Positions 27,342 through 36,218 of a stretch of 37,548 nt of DNA are shown here, in pieces; position 1 is the first letter of the stretch; every line of letters starts with the position of its first letter. The translations under genes and the position numbers were made by a program. The stretch is from an uncultured Acetobacteraceae bacterium (GTDB lineage: Bacteria > Pseudomonadota > Alphaproteobacteria > Acetobacterales > Acetobacteraceae). Location: positions 1 through 37,548 of the forward strand of contig CAIMEK010000224.1 of assembly GCA_903839965.1 (NCBI GenBank). Direction: 5' to 3'. Below the pieces are notes generated by a model. The model ran no database searches. It saw nothing but the letters and a program-made list of their open reading frames with translations, and was not told where the DNA came from.

Positions 27342-28453
27342 CCGCATTGGCGGCGCTTGCCCTGCTGGCCTGGGTTTATCTGGCCACCTGCCGCGGCGGC
27401 TTCTGGCGCGACGGGGAACGGCTGGCGCCGGGCCCGACCGTTGCTAGGCCGGCGGTCGCGGCGGTGGTGCCGGCGCGCGATGAGGCCGAGGTGGTCGCGG
27501 CGAGCATCGGCAGCCTGCTCGGGCAGGACTACGCCGGCGGCCTGCGCGTCGTGCTGGTGGATGACGGCAGCACCGACGGCACCGCCGCGATCGCCCCCGC
27601 GCTGCCGGGGGCGGGGCGGCTTGCCGTGCTGGAAGGCACCCCCCGGCCGGCGGGCTGGGCCGGCAAGCTGTGGGCGGTACAGCAAGGCGTGGCCGCCACC
27701 GACGAGGATCTCGTTCTGCTGACCGATGCCGATATCGAGCACGATCCGGGGCATGTGGCCGCCCTGGTGGCGCAGGCCGAGCGCGGCGGCTACGACATGG
27801 TCAGCGAAATGGTGGCGCTGAACTGCGAGAGCCTGGCCGAGCGGGCGCTGGTGCCGGCGTTCGTCTACCTGTTCGCCCTGCTCTACCCGTTCTCCTGGGT
27901 CAACGACGAGCGGCGCGCCACCGCCGCCGCGGCCGGCGGCACGGTGCTGATCCGCCGCCGCGCGCTGGAACGCATCGGCGGCATCGCGGCGATCGGGGGA
28001 GCGCTGATCGACGACGTGGCGCTGGCCGGCGCGGTGAAGCGCGGCGGGCGCATCTGGCTCGGCCATTCGGCCCTGGCCCGCTCGATCCGGCCCTATCGCG
28101 GCTTCGCCGACATCTGGCACATGGTGGCGCGTTCGGCCTATGTGCAGCTCCGGTATTCCCCGTGGCTCCTGCTGTTGACCATTCTCGGACTTGCGCTGGT
28201 GTTCCTGGTGCCGCCGGCCGCTGCGCTGTTCGCTCATGGCGCGGCGCGTGCCTGCGGGGTTGCGGCCTGGGCGATCATGGCGGTCACTTTCGCACCGACG
28301 CTGCGACGCTACCGGCTTGCGCCGCTTTGGGGCCTGGCGCTGCCGGCGATCGTTGGCTTCTATGGCGCGGCGACCATCGGCTCGGCGATCGACCACCATC
28401 GCGGCCGCGGCGTGGTGTGGAAGCAACGCGCCTATGCGGGGCCGGCGTCATGA
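27338..28453 (+). CDS. hpnB: Hopene-associated GT2 glycosyltransferase
   Basis: VPARDE, VDDGSTDGT, GWAGKLWA, TDADI, ALIDD. Position in the operon. Confidence 0.92.
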   Translation: MTALAALALLAWVYLATCRGGFWRDGERLAPGPTVARPAVAAVVPARDEAEVVAASIGSLLGQDYAGGLRVVLVDDGSTDGTAAIAPALPGAGRLAVLEGTPRPAGWAGKLWAVQQGVAATDEDLVLLTDADIEHDPGHVAALVAQAERGGYDMVSEMVALNCESLAERALVPAFVYLFALLYPFSWVNDERRATAAAAGGTVLIRRRALERIGGIAAIGGALIDDVALAGAVKRGGRIWLGHSALARSIRPYRGFADIWHMVARSAYVQLRYSPWLLLLTILGLALVFLVPPAAALFAHGAARACGVAAWAIMAVTFAPTLRRYRLAPLWGLALPAIVGFYGAATIGSAIDHHRGRGVVWKQRAYAGPAS

Positions 28454-29289
28454 GCGCGGCGGTGCAGGACGTCGAGGCCTGGTCGGGCAAGGATCGGGGC
28501 GACGAGAACTTCCCGGTCGGCTCGGCGCTGATCAGCGCGCGGTTGCGGCCGCATATGCACGCCTTCTATGCGTTCGCCCGCAATGCCGACGACATCGCCG
28601 ACAGCCCGTTGCTGGCGGCCGACGACAAGGTGGCGCGGCTGGATGCGATGGAGGACGTGCTGCTCGGCCGCCGCGCTGGCGGCAGCCCGAGCGCGCTCCT
28701 GCTGCGCGCCAGTCTGGCGGAAACCGGGGTCACGGCCGACCACGCCATGGAACTGCTGGTGGCATTCCGCCGCGATGCCACCAAACTGCGCTACGCGAGC
28801 TGGAACGAGCTGATGGATTACTGCCGCTACTCCGCCGTGCCGGTCGGGCGGCACGTGCTGGACCTGCACGGCGAATCGCGCGCGACCTGGGCGCCCTCGG
28901 ATGCACTGTGCGCGGCGCTGCAGGTGCTGAACCATTTGCAGGACGGCTCGAAAGACCTTGCCGCCCTTGACCGGTGCTACCTGCCGGCGGATCTGCTGGC
29001 GCGGCACGGGGCCGGCGTGGAGGATCTGCGCGCGCCCTCCGCCAGCCCGGGGCTGCGGCGTGTGTTCGACGCCCTGCTGGACGAATGCGACACGCTCAAC
29101 CACAGCGCGGGCGAGCTGCCGCGGCGCACCCGCGACCGGCGGCTGCGGCTGGAAACGGGCGTGATCGTCGGGCTTTCGCGCCGCCTGGCCGGGCGGCTGC
29201 GGCGCGGCGACCCGGTGGCGAGGCGGGTGAAGCTGACCCGGCCCGATGTCGTCGCCAGCCTGCTCGGCGCCCTGCGGTTCCTGCCGTGA
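28450..29289 (+). CDS. hpnC: Squalene synthase HpnC
   Basis: ENFPVGS, FYAFARNADDIAD, DYCRYSA.PVGR, LQVLNHLQD. Confidence 0.93.
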   Translation: MSAAVQDVEAWSGKDRGDENFPVGSALISARLRPHMHAFYAFARNADDIADSPLLAADDKVARLDAMEDVLLGRRAGGSPSALLLRASLAETGVTADHAMELLVAFRRDATKLRYASWNELMDYCRYSAVPVGRHVLDLHGESRATWAPSDALCAALQVLNHLQDGSKDLAALDRCYLPADLLARHGAGVEDLRAPSASPGLRRVFDALLDECDTLNHSAGELPRRTRDRRLRLETGVIVGLSRRLAGRLRRGDPVARRVKLTRPDVVASLLGALRFLP

Positions 29290-30140
29290 GCGCGCCGCCG
29301 CTCAATGCCGCGCAGGCCGACCTCGATGCGGTCGAGGGGGTGGTGCGTGCCGCCGGCACCAGTTTCTATCGGGGCATGGCGGTGCTGCCGCCGGCCCGGC
29401 GACACGCCATGTACGCCGTGTACGCGTTCTGCCGCATGGTAGACGACATCGCCGACGACCCGGCGCCGTTGGAGACCCGCCAGCCGCGTCTGGAGGAATG
29501 GCGTGGGCGGATCGCCGGTTTGTACCGCGGCGAGGCGAGCGACCCGGTGACCCGCGTGCTGCGGCAGGCCGTGCGGGAGTTCGGGCTGCGGCAGGTGGAT
29601 TTCGAGGCGGTGATCGATGGCATGGAAATGGATGCCGTCGCCATCGTCGCGCCCGGATTGGCCGAGCTCGACCTCTATTGCGACCGGGTGGCGGCGGCGG
29701 TCGGGCGGCTGTCGGTGCGTGCCTTCGGCGATGCCTCTCCGGCGGCCGACGAAGTGGCGTTCCATCTCGGCCGGGCGCTGCAACTGACCAATATCCTGCG
29801 CGACCTCGCCGAGGACGCCGCGCGGGGGCGGCTGTATCTGCCGCGCGAGCTGCTGGAGGCGGTCGGGATACCAGCCGAGCCCGAGGCAGCCCTTCGCCAT
29901 CCCGCGCTGGCCGAGGTGTGCGACGGGCTGGCCGAGATGGCGCACGGGCATTTCCGGGATGCCCGTACCGCCATGTCCCGCTGCGACCGGCGGGCGATGA
30001 AGCCGGCCCGGCTGATGGCCGGCATGTATGGCGCCATCCTGGCCCGGTTGCGACGGCGCGGCTGGAACCAGCCGGGGCTCCCCGTCAAGGTGCCGAAATG
30101 GCAGAAGATGTGGATCGCGCTGCGGTACGGGCTCGGGTGA
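29286..30140 (+). CDS. hpnD: Presqualene diphosphate synthase HpnD
   Basis: SFYRGM, YAFCRMVDDIAD, YCDRVA, LQLTNILRDLAEDA..GRLYLP. GTGA coupling. Confidence 0.93.
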   Translation: MSAPPLNAAQADLDAVEGVVRAAGTSFYRGMAVLPPARRHAMYAVYAFCRMVDDIADDPAPLETRQPRLEEWRGRIAGLYRGEASDPVTRVLRQAVREFGLRQVDFEAVIDGMEMDAVAIVAPGLAELDLYCDRVAAAVGRLSVRAFGDASPAADEVAFHLGRALQLTNILRDLAEDAARGRLYLPRELLEAVGIPAEPEAALRHPALAEVCDGLAEMAHGHFRDARTAMSRCDRRAMKPARLMAGMYGAILARLRRRGWNQPGLPVKVPKWQKMWIALRYGLG

Positions 30141-31402
30141 GCCGGGTCCACATCGTCGGCGCCGGCATCGCCGGGCTGGCCGCCGCGGTGGCGTTGGCGC
30201 GGCAGGGGGTCGCGGCGACGCTTTACGAGGCCGGGCCTGCCGCCGGCGGGCGCTGCCGGTCGTATTTCGATCGCGGACTGGGCTGCCGCATCGACAACGG
30301 CAACCACCTGTTGCTGTCCGGCAACCACGCCGCCATGGCTTATCTGGACACCATCGGCGCGCGGTCCACCCTGGGCGGGCCCGGCGTGGCGCGGTTTCCC
30401 TTCGTCGACCTGGCGAGTGGGGAGCGCTGGACCGTCGCGCCCGATGCGGGCCGGATTCCCTGGTGGATCCTGCGCCCCGGCCGGCGGGTGCCGGGCACCG
30501 GGTTGCGCGACTACCTGGCGCTGCTGGCCCTGCGCAGGATCGGGGCGGACAGCACGGTTGCCGAGGCGTTCGGCACGGCGGGGGTGCTCTACCAGCGCCT
30601 GCTGGAACCGCTGGCGGTGGCCGCCCTGAACACCCCGCCGGCGGAGGCGCTGGCGCGGCTGCTGCGCGCCGTGCTGATGGACACGCTGATGCAGGGCGGC
30701 CGGGCCTGCATTCCCAGCTTCCCGCGCGAGGGCTTGTCCGCGAGCTTCGTCGATCCGGCCCTGGCGTGGCTGGAGCCGCGCGGCGGCAGGCTGCTGACCG
30801 GCTGCCGGGTGGCAGCCCTGCGTACCGAGGAGCGCCGGGTGACCGCGCTGGAGACCGCCGATGGCGCCGTCGCGGTCAATGCCGGCGAGGCGGTGGTGAT
30901 GGCGGCGCCGCCCTGGGTGGCATCCGGGCTGCTGCCGGGGCTGATCGCGCCCGAGCAATTCCAGGCCATCGTCAACCTGCATTTCCGCCTCGACGCCGAG
31001 CCCGGGGAGACCGGCTTCGTCGGGGTGCTGGGCGGGGTGGCGGAATGGGTTTTCGTCAAGCCGGGCGTCGTATCGGTCACCATCAGCGCCGCCAACCGCA
31101 TCGTCGACCTGCCGGCCGAGGAGCTTGCCGCGCGGGTCTGGCCGGACGTGCGCGCGGCGCTGGGAGTGGGGGAGGCGATGCCCGCGGTGCGGGTGGTGAA
31201 GGAACGCCGGGCCACGTTTGCCGCCACGGCGGCCCAGGAGCGCCGGCGGCCGGGGGTGCGTTGGCCGGCCGAGACCGGGGGGCCCCGCAATCTTGTGCTC
31301 GCCGGCGACTGGACCAGCACGGGCTTGCCCGGCACGATTGAAGGTGCCACCAGATCCGGCACCGCCGCCGCGGCCGCTGTTGTCGCCGGCGATCGAGCCT
31401 GA
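30137..31402 (+). CDS. hpnE: Hydroxysqualene dehydroxylase HpnE
   Basis: IVGAGIAG, GGRCRS, IDNGNHLLL, KERRAT, LAGDWT..GLPGTIEGA. Confidence 0.93.
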   Translation: MSRVHIVGAGIAGLAAAVALARQGVAATLYEAGPAAGGRCRSYFDRGLGCRIDNGNHLLLSGNHAAMAYLDTIGARSTLGGPGVARFPFVDLASGERWTVAPDAGRIPWWILRPGRRVPGTGLRDYLALLALRRIGADSTVAEAFGTAGVLYQRLLEPLAVAALNTPPAEALARLLRAVLMDTLMQGGRACIPSFPREGLSASFVDPALAWLEPRGGRLLTGCRVAALRTEERRVTALETADGAVAVNAGEAVVMAAPPWVASGLLPGLIAPEQFQAIVNLHFRLDAEPGETGFVGVLGGVAEWVFVKPGVVSVTISAANRIVDLPAEELAARVWPDVRAALGVGEAMPAVRVVKERRATFAATAAQERRRPGVRWPAETGGPRNLVLAGDWTSTGLPGTIEGATRSGTAAAAAVVAGDRA

Positions 31403-31407
31403 ACGAG

Positions 31408-33363
31408 GTGCCAACGAACGTGCCGAGAGACATCCTGCCCGCGCTTTTTCCCGCGCAACTCGAGGACGCGGTCAACCGCGCCCGCGATGCCTTGTTGCGG
31501 CGGCAGAACCCGGACGGACACTGGGTATTCGAACTGGAAGCCGACGCCACCATTCCGGCCGAGTATGTGCTGCTGGAGCATTACCTCGACCGCGTGGACA
31601 CCGAACTGCAGGAGAAAATCGGTGTCTACCTGCGTTCGTCCCAGGGTGAGCATGGCGGGTGGCCGCTGTTCTACGCCGGCGAATTCAACCTTTCGGCGAG
31701 CACGAAGGCGTATTTCGCGCTGAAGATGATCGGCGACGATCCCGAGGCGCCGCATATGGTGCGGGCGCGGGAGGCCATACTGGCCGCCGGCGGGGCGGAG
31801 CGGAGCAACGTGTTCACCCGCTGCCAACTGGCGCTGCATGGCGAGGTGCCCTGGCAAGCCGTTCCCTGCATGCCGGTCGAGCTGGTGCTGTTGCCCCGCT
31901 GGTCGCCATTCCACCTGGACAAGGTGTCGTACTGGTCGCGCACGGTCATCGTGCCGCTGGTGGTGCTGATGGCGCTGCGCCCCCGCGCGCGCAACAAATG
32001 CGGGGTGCGCATCCAGGAACTGTTCTGCACGCCGCCCGAGCAGGTGCGCGACTGGATCCGCGGACCCTACCGCTCCCGTTGGGGACGGGTGTTCAGGCAC
32101 CTCGACGTGGTGCTGCATGCCGTCGAACGGCATTTTCCCGCGTATGTTCGCGGCCGGGCCATCGCTTGGTCGGTGCGGTTCGTGACCGAACGGCTCGCCG
32201 GCGAGCACGGGCTGGGCGGCATCTACCCGGCGATGGCGAACACGGTGATGATGTTCGACGCCCTGGGCTATGCCCCCGACCACCCGCACGCCGCCGCCGC
32301 CTGGGCCAGCGTGCGCCGGCTGCTGGTGGTGAACGAGGACCGGGCGTACTGCCAGCCATGCCTGTCGCCGGTATGGGACACCGGCCTGGCCGGACATGCC
32401 CTGGCGGAGGCCGATGGCGCCGACACCGCATCGGTCGCGGCCGCCAGCGACTGGTTGCGCGAGCGGCAGGTGCTGGACGTAGTGGGCGACTGGGCCGCGG
32501 CCCGGCCGAAGGCGGTGCCGGGCGGCTGGGCCTTCCAGTACGAGAATGCGCACTACCCGGACGTGGACGATACCGCGGTGGTGGGCATGCTGCTGCACCG
32601 CCATATCCGCGAGGGTGGCGATGCCGCGCTCGGCGAGGCGGTGCGGCGGGCGCGCGACTGGGTGGTGGGCATGCAGGGCCGCGACGGCGGCTGGGGCGCC
32701 TTCGACGCCGACAACAACCACTTCTACCTCAACCACATCCCTTTCGCCGACCACGGGGCGCTGCTCGATCCCTCGACCGCCGATGTCACCGCGCGGTGCG
32801 TGTCGTTCCTCGCGCAGGTCGGCATGGCGCCCGACGATCCGCCCATCGCCAAGGCATTGAGCTGGCTGCGGGCCGAACAGGAGAAGGACGGGGCCTGGTT
32901 CGGCCGCTGGGGCACCAACTACATCTATGGCACCTGGAGCGTGCTGTGCGCGCTGAATGCCGCCGGCGTGCCGCACGACGATCCGGCGATGCGCCGCGCC
33001 GTCCGCTTCCTGCTCGACACCCAGCGCGAGGGCGGCGGCTGGGGCGAGGATAACGAGACCTTCGCCGCCGCCCCGCCCGGCCGCTACCGCCATAGCAACC
33101 CGAGCCAGACCGCCTGGGCGCTGCTGGCGCTGATGGCGGCGGGCGAGGCGGCGCATCCGGCGGTGGCGCATGGCATCGCTTGGCTGGCGAAGCAACAAAA
33201 GCCGGATGGCGAGTGGGACGAGGAGCCCTATACGGCGGTGGGCTTCCCGCGCGTGTTCTATCTCCGCTACCACGGCTACCGGCTGTATTTCCCGCTGCTG
33301 GCGCTGGCGCGCTACCGCAGCCTGCAGCGGAGCAACGACCGCCGGGTGGCCTGGGGGTTCTGA
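31408..33363 (+). CDS. shc: Squalene-hopene cyclase
   Basis: DVDDTA (DXDD), QW repeats, LEADATIP, GRWGTNY.YG, GFPRVFYLRYHGY. Confidence 0.97.
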   Translation: MPTNVPRDILPALFPAQLEDAVNRARDALLRRQNPDGHWVFELEADATIPAEYVLLEHYLDRVDTELQEKIGVYLRSSQGEHGGWPLFYAGEFNLSASTKAYFALKMIGDDPEAPHMVRAREAILAAGGAERSNVFTRCQLALHGEVPWQAVPCMPVELVLLPRWSPFHLDKVSYWSRTVIVPLVVLMALRPRARNKCGVRIQELFCTPPEQVRDWIRGPYRSRWGRVFRHLDVVLHAVERHFPAYVRGRAIAWSVRFVTERLAGEHGLGGIYPAMANTVMMFDALGYAPDHPHAAAAWASVRRLLVVNEDRAYCQPCLSPVWDTGLAGHALAEADGADTASVAAASDWLRERQVLDVVGDWAAARPKAVPGGWAFQYENAHYPDVDDTAVVGMLLHRHIREGGDAALGEAVRRARDWVVGMQGRDGGWGAFDADNNHFYLNHIPFADHGALLDPSTADVTARCVSFLAQVGMAPDDPPIAKALSWLRAEQEKDGAWFGRWGTNYIYGTWSVLCALNAAGVPHDDPAMRRAVRFLLDTQREGGGWGEDNETFAAAPPGRYRHSNPSQTAWALLALMAAGEAAHPAVAHGIAWLAKQQKPDGEWDEEPYTAVGFPRVFYLRYHGYRLYFPLLALARYRSLQRSNDRRVAWGF

Positions 33364-33437
33364 CCTCGCAGCCGGCGGGTTGCTCGGCGCCGCAAGCTGG
33401 GCAACGATCCGACTCCTGGTTTTCCGGAGCCTGCCCC

Positions 33438-34388
33438 ATGGCCGTCCATCGCATTCCCGCCACGCCCGAAACCGTCCGTTGGGGCGTTTTCGGCGCCGGC
33501 ATTCCGCCGGTGCTCACTGTCGCGTCGGGCGATACCGTGGTGTTGGAATGCGTCTCCGGCGGCCCCGACGTGATGCCGCTGGCGGCCTCCGGCATGACGG
33601 TGCCGCCCGCCCTGGCCGCCATCCACGCCGCGCTGCCGCAAGGACCGGGACACATCATCACCGGCCCGGTGGCCGTTGCCGGCGCGGCGCCCGGGGACAT
33701 GCTGGAAGTGAAGGTGGAGAAGATCGAATTCGGTGCCGACTGGGGCTTCTGCGGCTTCCGCCCGCTATGGGGCACACTGCCGGAGGATTTCCCCGAGCGG
33801 TTCCTGAGCCACATCCCGATCGACCGGGCGCGCCGCACCTGCCGCTTGCCGTACGGCCTGGAGCTTGAGCTGGCGCCGTTTTTCGGCGTCATGGGCGTGG
33901 CGCCGCCGCCGGCCTACGGCACCATTTCCAGCCTTCAGCCGCGTGAGCACGGCGGCAATATCGACAACAAGGAACTCGGCGAGGGCGCCACGCTCTATCT
34001 GCCGGTCTGGGCGGAGGGCGCATTGTTCTCCGCCGGCGACGGCCACGGGGTGCAGGGCGACGGCGAGGTGTGCGTCAACGCGCTGGAGATCTGCCTGACC
34101 GGCACGTTCACGCTCACGCTGCACAAGCGGACCGGCGCGGCGCCGCTGCTGGCCTATCCGCGCGGCGAAACCGCGACGCATTTCATCAGCATGGGGATGC
34201 ACGAGGACCTCGACGTCGCCATGCGGCAGGCGCTGCGGGAAATGATCGCGTTCATCTGCGCGCGCAGCAACCTGTCGCGCCAGGAGGCCTACCAGCTGTG
34301 CTCGCTGGCGGTGGATTTCCACGTGACCCAGACCGTCAACGGCGAAAAGGGCGTGCACGGGATGCTGCGCAAGGGCCTGCTGATTTAG
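33438..34388 (+). CDS. Acetamidase/formamidase family protein
   Basis: HIITGPV, PFFGVMG, HGGNID, GDGHGVQGDGEV; GGAG RBS. Confidence 0.92.
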   Translation: MAVHRIPATPETVRWGVFGAGIPPVLTVASGDTVVLECVSGGPDVMPLAASGMTVPPALAAIHAALPQGPGHIITGPVAVAGAAPGDMLEVKVEKIEFGADWGFCGFRPLWGTLPEDFPERFLSHIPIDRARRTCRLPYGLELELAPFFGVMGVAPPPAYGTISSLQPREHGGNIDNKELGEGATLYLPVWAEGALFSAGDGHGVQGDGEVCVNALEICLTGTFTLTLHKRTGAAPLLAYPRGETATHFISMGMHEDLDVAMRQALREMIAFICARSNLSRQEAYQLCSLAVDFHVTQTVNGEKGVHGMLRKGLLI

Positions 34389-34448
34389 CCAACGAACGCA
34401 TGGCCGGAACGAAGTGCGTAAAACTAGATATTGGGGTTGTTTGGCCTG

Positions 34449-34457
34449 TTATCCACA
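34449..34457 (+). promoter_or_regulatory. Perfect DnaA box upstream of gcrA
   Basis: TTATCCACA, 9/9 match to consensus. DnaA activation of gcrA is established in Caulobacter. Confidence 0.75.
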
Positions 34458-34486
34458 ACTTTTTGAGTCGGGCGGTCCGTGGGCGA

Positions 34487-34514
34487 TTGACCAAAGCTGG
34501 GATGGCGCTACCGT
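34487..34514 (+). promoter_or_regulatory. Candidate sigma70 promoter of gcrA
   Basis: TTGACC-N16-TACCGT, 32 nt upstream of ATG 34547. Confidence 0.55.
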
Positions 34515-34546
34515 ATCTTGTGGCCGCTGCAAGGGGGACCCACGAT

Positions 34547-35044
34547 ATGGAGTGGACTGACCAGACGATTGCCCGCCTGCGGGAACTCTGGGCCGAGGGA
34601 CACTCGACCGCCGAGATCGGTCGGCGGATGGGGGTCTCGAAGAATGCCGTCGTCGGCAAGGCGCACCGGCTGAACTTGGCTGCCCGGCCCTCGCCGATCC
34701 GCCGCGACCGTGAGGGCGCGTTGCCTCGACCCGTCATGCCCCGTCGCGTCACCGGCCCCACGTTGCCGCCGCTCGCTGCCGAGGCGCCGGCCCCGTCCGC
34801 TCCGCCGCCACCTCGCCCGGTGGTCGGGCAGGTCCAGACCGAAGCGCCGAAACCGCAGGCCATCCGCCAGGTGGCGGCCCGCGCCATGCGGACGCAAACC
34901 TGCTGCTGGCCGCTCGGCGAACCCGGCACCCGCAGCTTCCGCTTCTGCGACGCCGAGGCGACGCCGGGCAAGCCGTACTGCTCGGCGCATGCGGCGATCG
35001 CCTACGTGAAGGTGCGCGACAAGCGCGAGGAAGCCGCCGCCTGA
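34547..35044 (+). CDS. gcrA: GcrA cell-cycle regulator
   Basis: MEWTD..LRELWAEG.S..EIG..GVSKNAVVGKAHRL, Pro-rich linker, CCWPLGEP...FC...PYC..H. Confidence 0.94.
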   Translation: MEWTDQTIARLRELWAEGHSTAEIGRRMGVSKNAVVGKAHRLNLAARPSPIRRDREGALPRPVMPRRVTGPTLPPLAAEAPAPSAPPPPRPVVGQVQTEAPKPQAIRQVAARAMRTQTCCWPLGEPGTRSFRFCDAEATPGKPYCSAHAAIAYVKVRDKREEAAA

Positions 35045-35094
35045 TACCGGCGGCCCGAAATGCCGACTCTTCCGGCATTTGGGGCCGCCGGTAT
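35044..35094. mobile_element. 51-bp palindromic MITE/REP-like element, copy 2
   Basis: ataccggcggcccgaaatgccgactcttccggcatttggggccgccggtat, abutting the gcrA stop codon. Confidence 0.75.
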
Positions 35095-35114
35095 GAGCAG
35101 GCCGGCTCCGGCGA

Positions 35115-36218
35115 TTATTCCCCCAGGATCCGCATCGTGCGGGCCTCGATCGCGTTGCGCAGCAGGGCGGCGAACCGATAGAGGCCGTGCACCATCCGGC
35201 TGTACGGCACGGTGACGAACAGGGCCAGCACGCAGCCCAGGTGGATGGCGAGCGCGATGCCCATGGCCCCGGTGGCACGCAGCGCCAGCAGCAGCAGGCC
35301 GGTGAACGCGACCAGGGCGAGCGAGGCCAGCATCGCCACGTCGGGCCCGACGAGCCGGCGCGCGTCCGGGGTCTGATCGCCGGTGAGCTTCAGCCAGAAC
35401 AGGCCGCCCGAGCCGACCAGCATGCCGAGGCCGCCGACGCTGCCGAGCAGGACCGGCGGCGTTGAGAACCCGTACGGGGCGAGGTGGCCGAACCAGTCAT
35501 ACAGCGTGGCGACGCAGGTGGCGGCGAAGCAGAGAAGAAAACCATAGAACATGGCGTGGTGCAGCCAGCGGCGCGCCATCGAGAAGGCTTCGTCGCGGTC
35601 GTTGCAGCCGTGTCCGCCGCCGCCGAGGTTGCGCAGCGACAGGGTGTCGCCCACGGCGGCTGCGAGGGTTCCGGGCGCGCGGCGGGGGGTGCCCGCGTCG
35701 CGCCAGAACGCGCGCGCCCCCATGGCCAGCGCGAGGACGGAGAACAGGGACACGGCGAGCGCCGGCCAGAGCATCGCCGCCAGCGGGATGACGGCATAGA
35801 AGGCGCCGGGCTGCACGGGATGCACGCCGAACAGGCTGGCCGGGTCCTGCAAGGCGGCGGCCAGCAGAATGACCAGGCCGACCCCGATCGACACCGCCAG
35901 CGCCATGACGATGCCGTTGTGGTGCAGCAGCGCCGCCAGCGGTTTCGGCCAAGCGTAGCGGGCGTAGCTGTCCAGGCGCAGTTCGGCGAAGCTGCGGGGC
36001 ACGTTGATGCCGAACGGGTGCGGCGGGGCGTACTGGCAGGCATGGAAGCAGCCGCGGCAGCCGTGGCAGAGATTGGCCAGGTAGTCGAGGTCGGCGTCGC
36101 TGAAGGCGCGGCGGCGCTCCATGGCGGGGAATACGGCGCAGAACCCCTCGCAGTAGCGGCAGGCGTTGCACACCTCCATGGCGCGGCGTGCCTCGGCGGT
36201 GCGTTCAGGAGAGGGCAT
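35115..36218 (-). CDS. tcuB: Tricarballylate utilisation 4Fe-4S membrane protein
   Basis: CNACRYCEGFCAVF and LCHGCRGC..ACQYAPPH, followed by TM segments. Confidence 0.93.
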   Translation of the reverse strand: MPSPERTAEARRAMEVCNACRYCEGFCAVFPAMERRRAFSDADLDYLANLCHGCRGCFHACQYAPPHPFGINVPRSFAELRLDSYARYAWPKPLAALLHHNGIVMALAVSIGVGLVILLAAALQDPASLFGVHPVQPGAFYAVIPLAAMLWPALAVSLFSVLALAMGARAFWRDAGTPRRAPGTLAAAVGDTLSLRNLGGGGHGCNDRDEAFSMARRWLHHAMFYGFLLCFAATCVATLYDWFGHLAPYGFSTPPVLLGSVGGLGMLVGSGGLFWLKLTGDQTPDARRLVGPDVAMLASLALVAFTGLLLLALRATGAMGIALAIHLGCVLALFVTVPYSRMVHGLYRFAALLRNAIEARTMRILGE

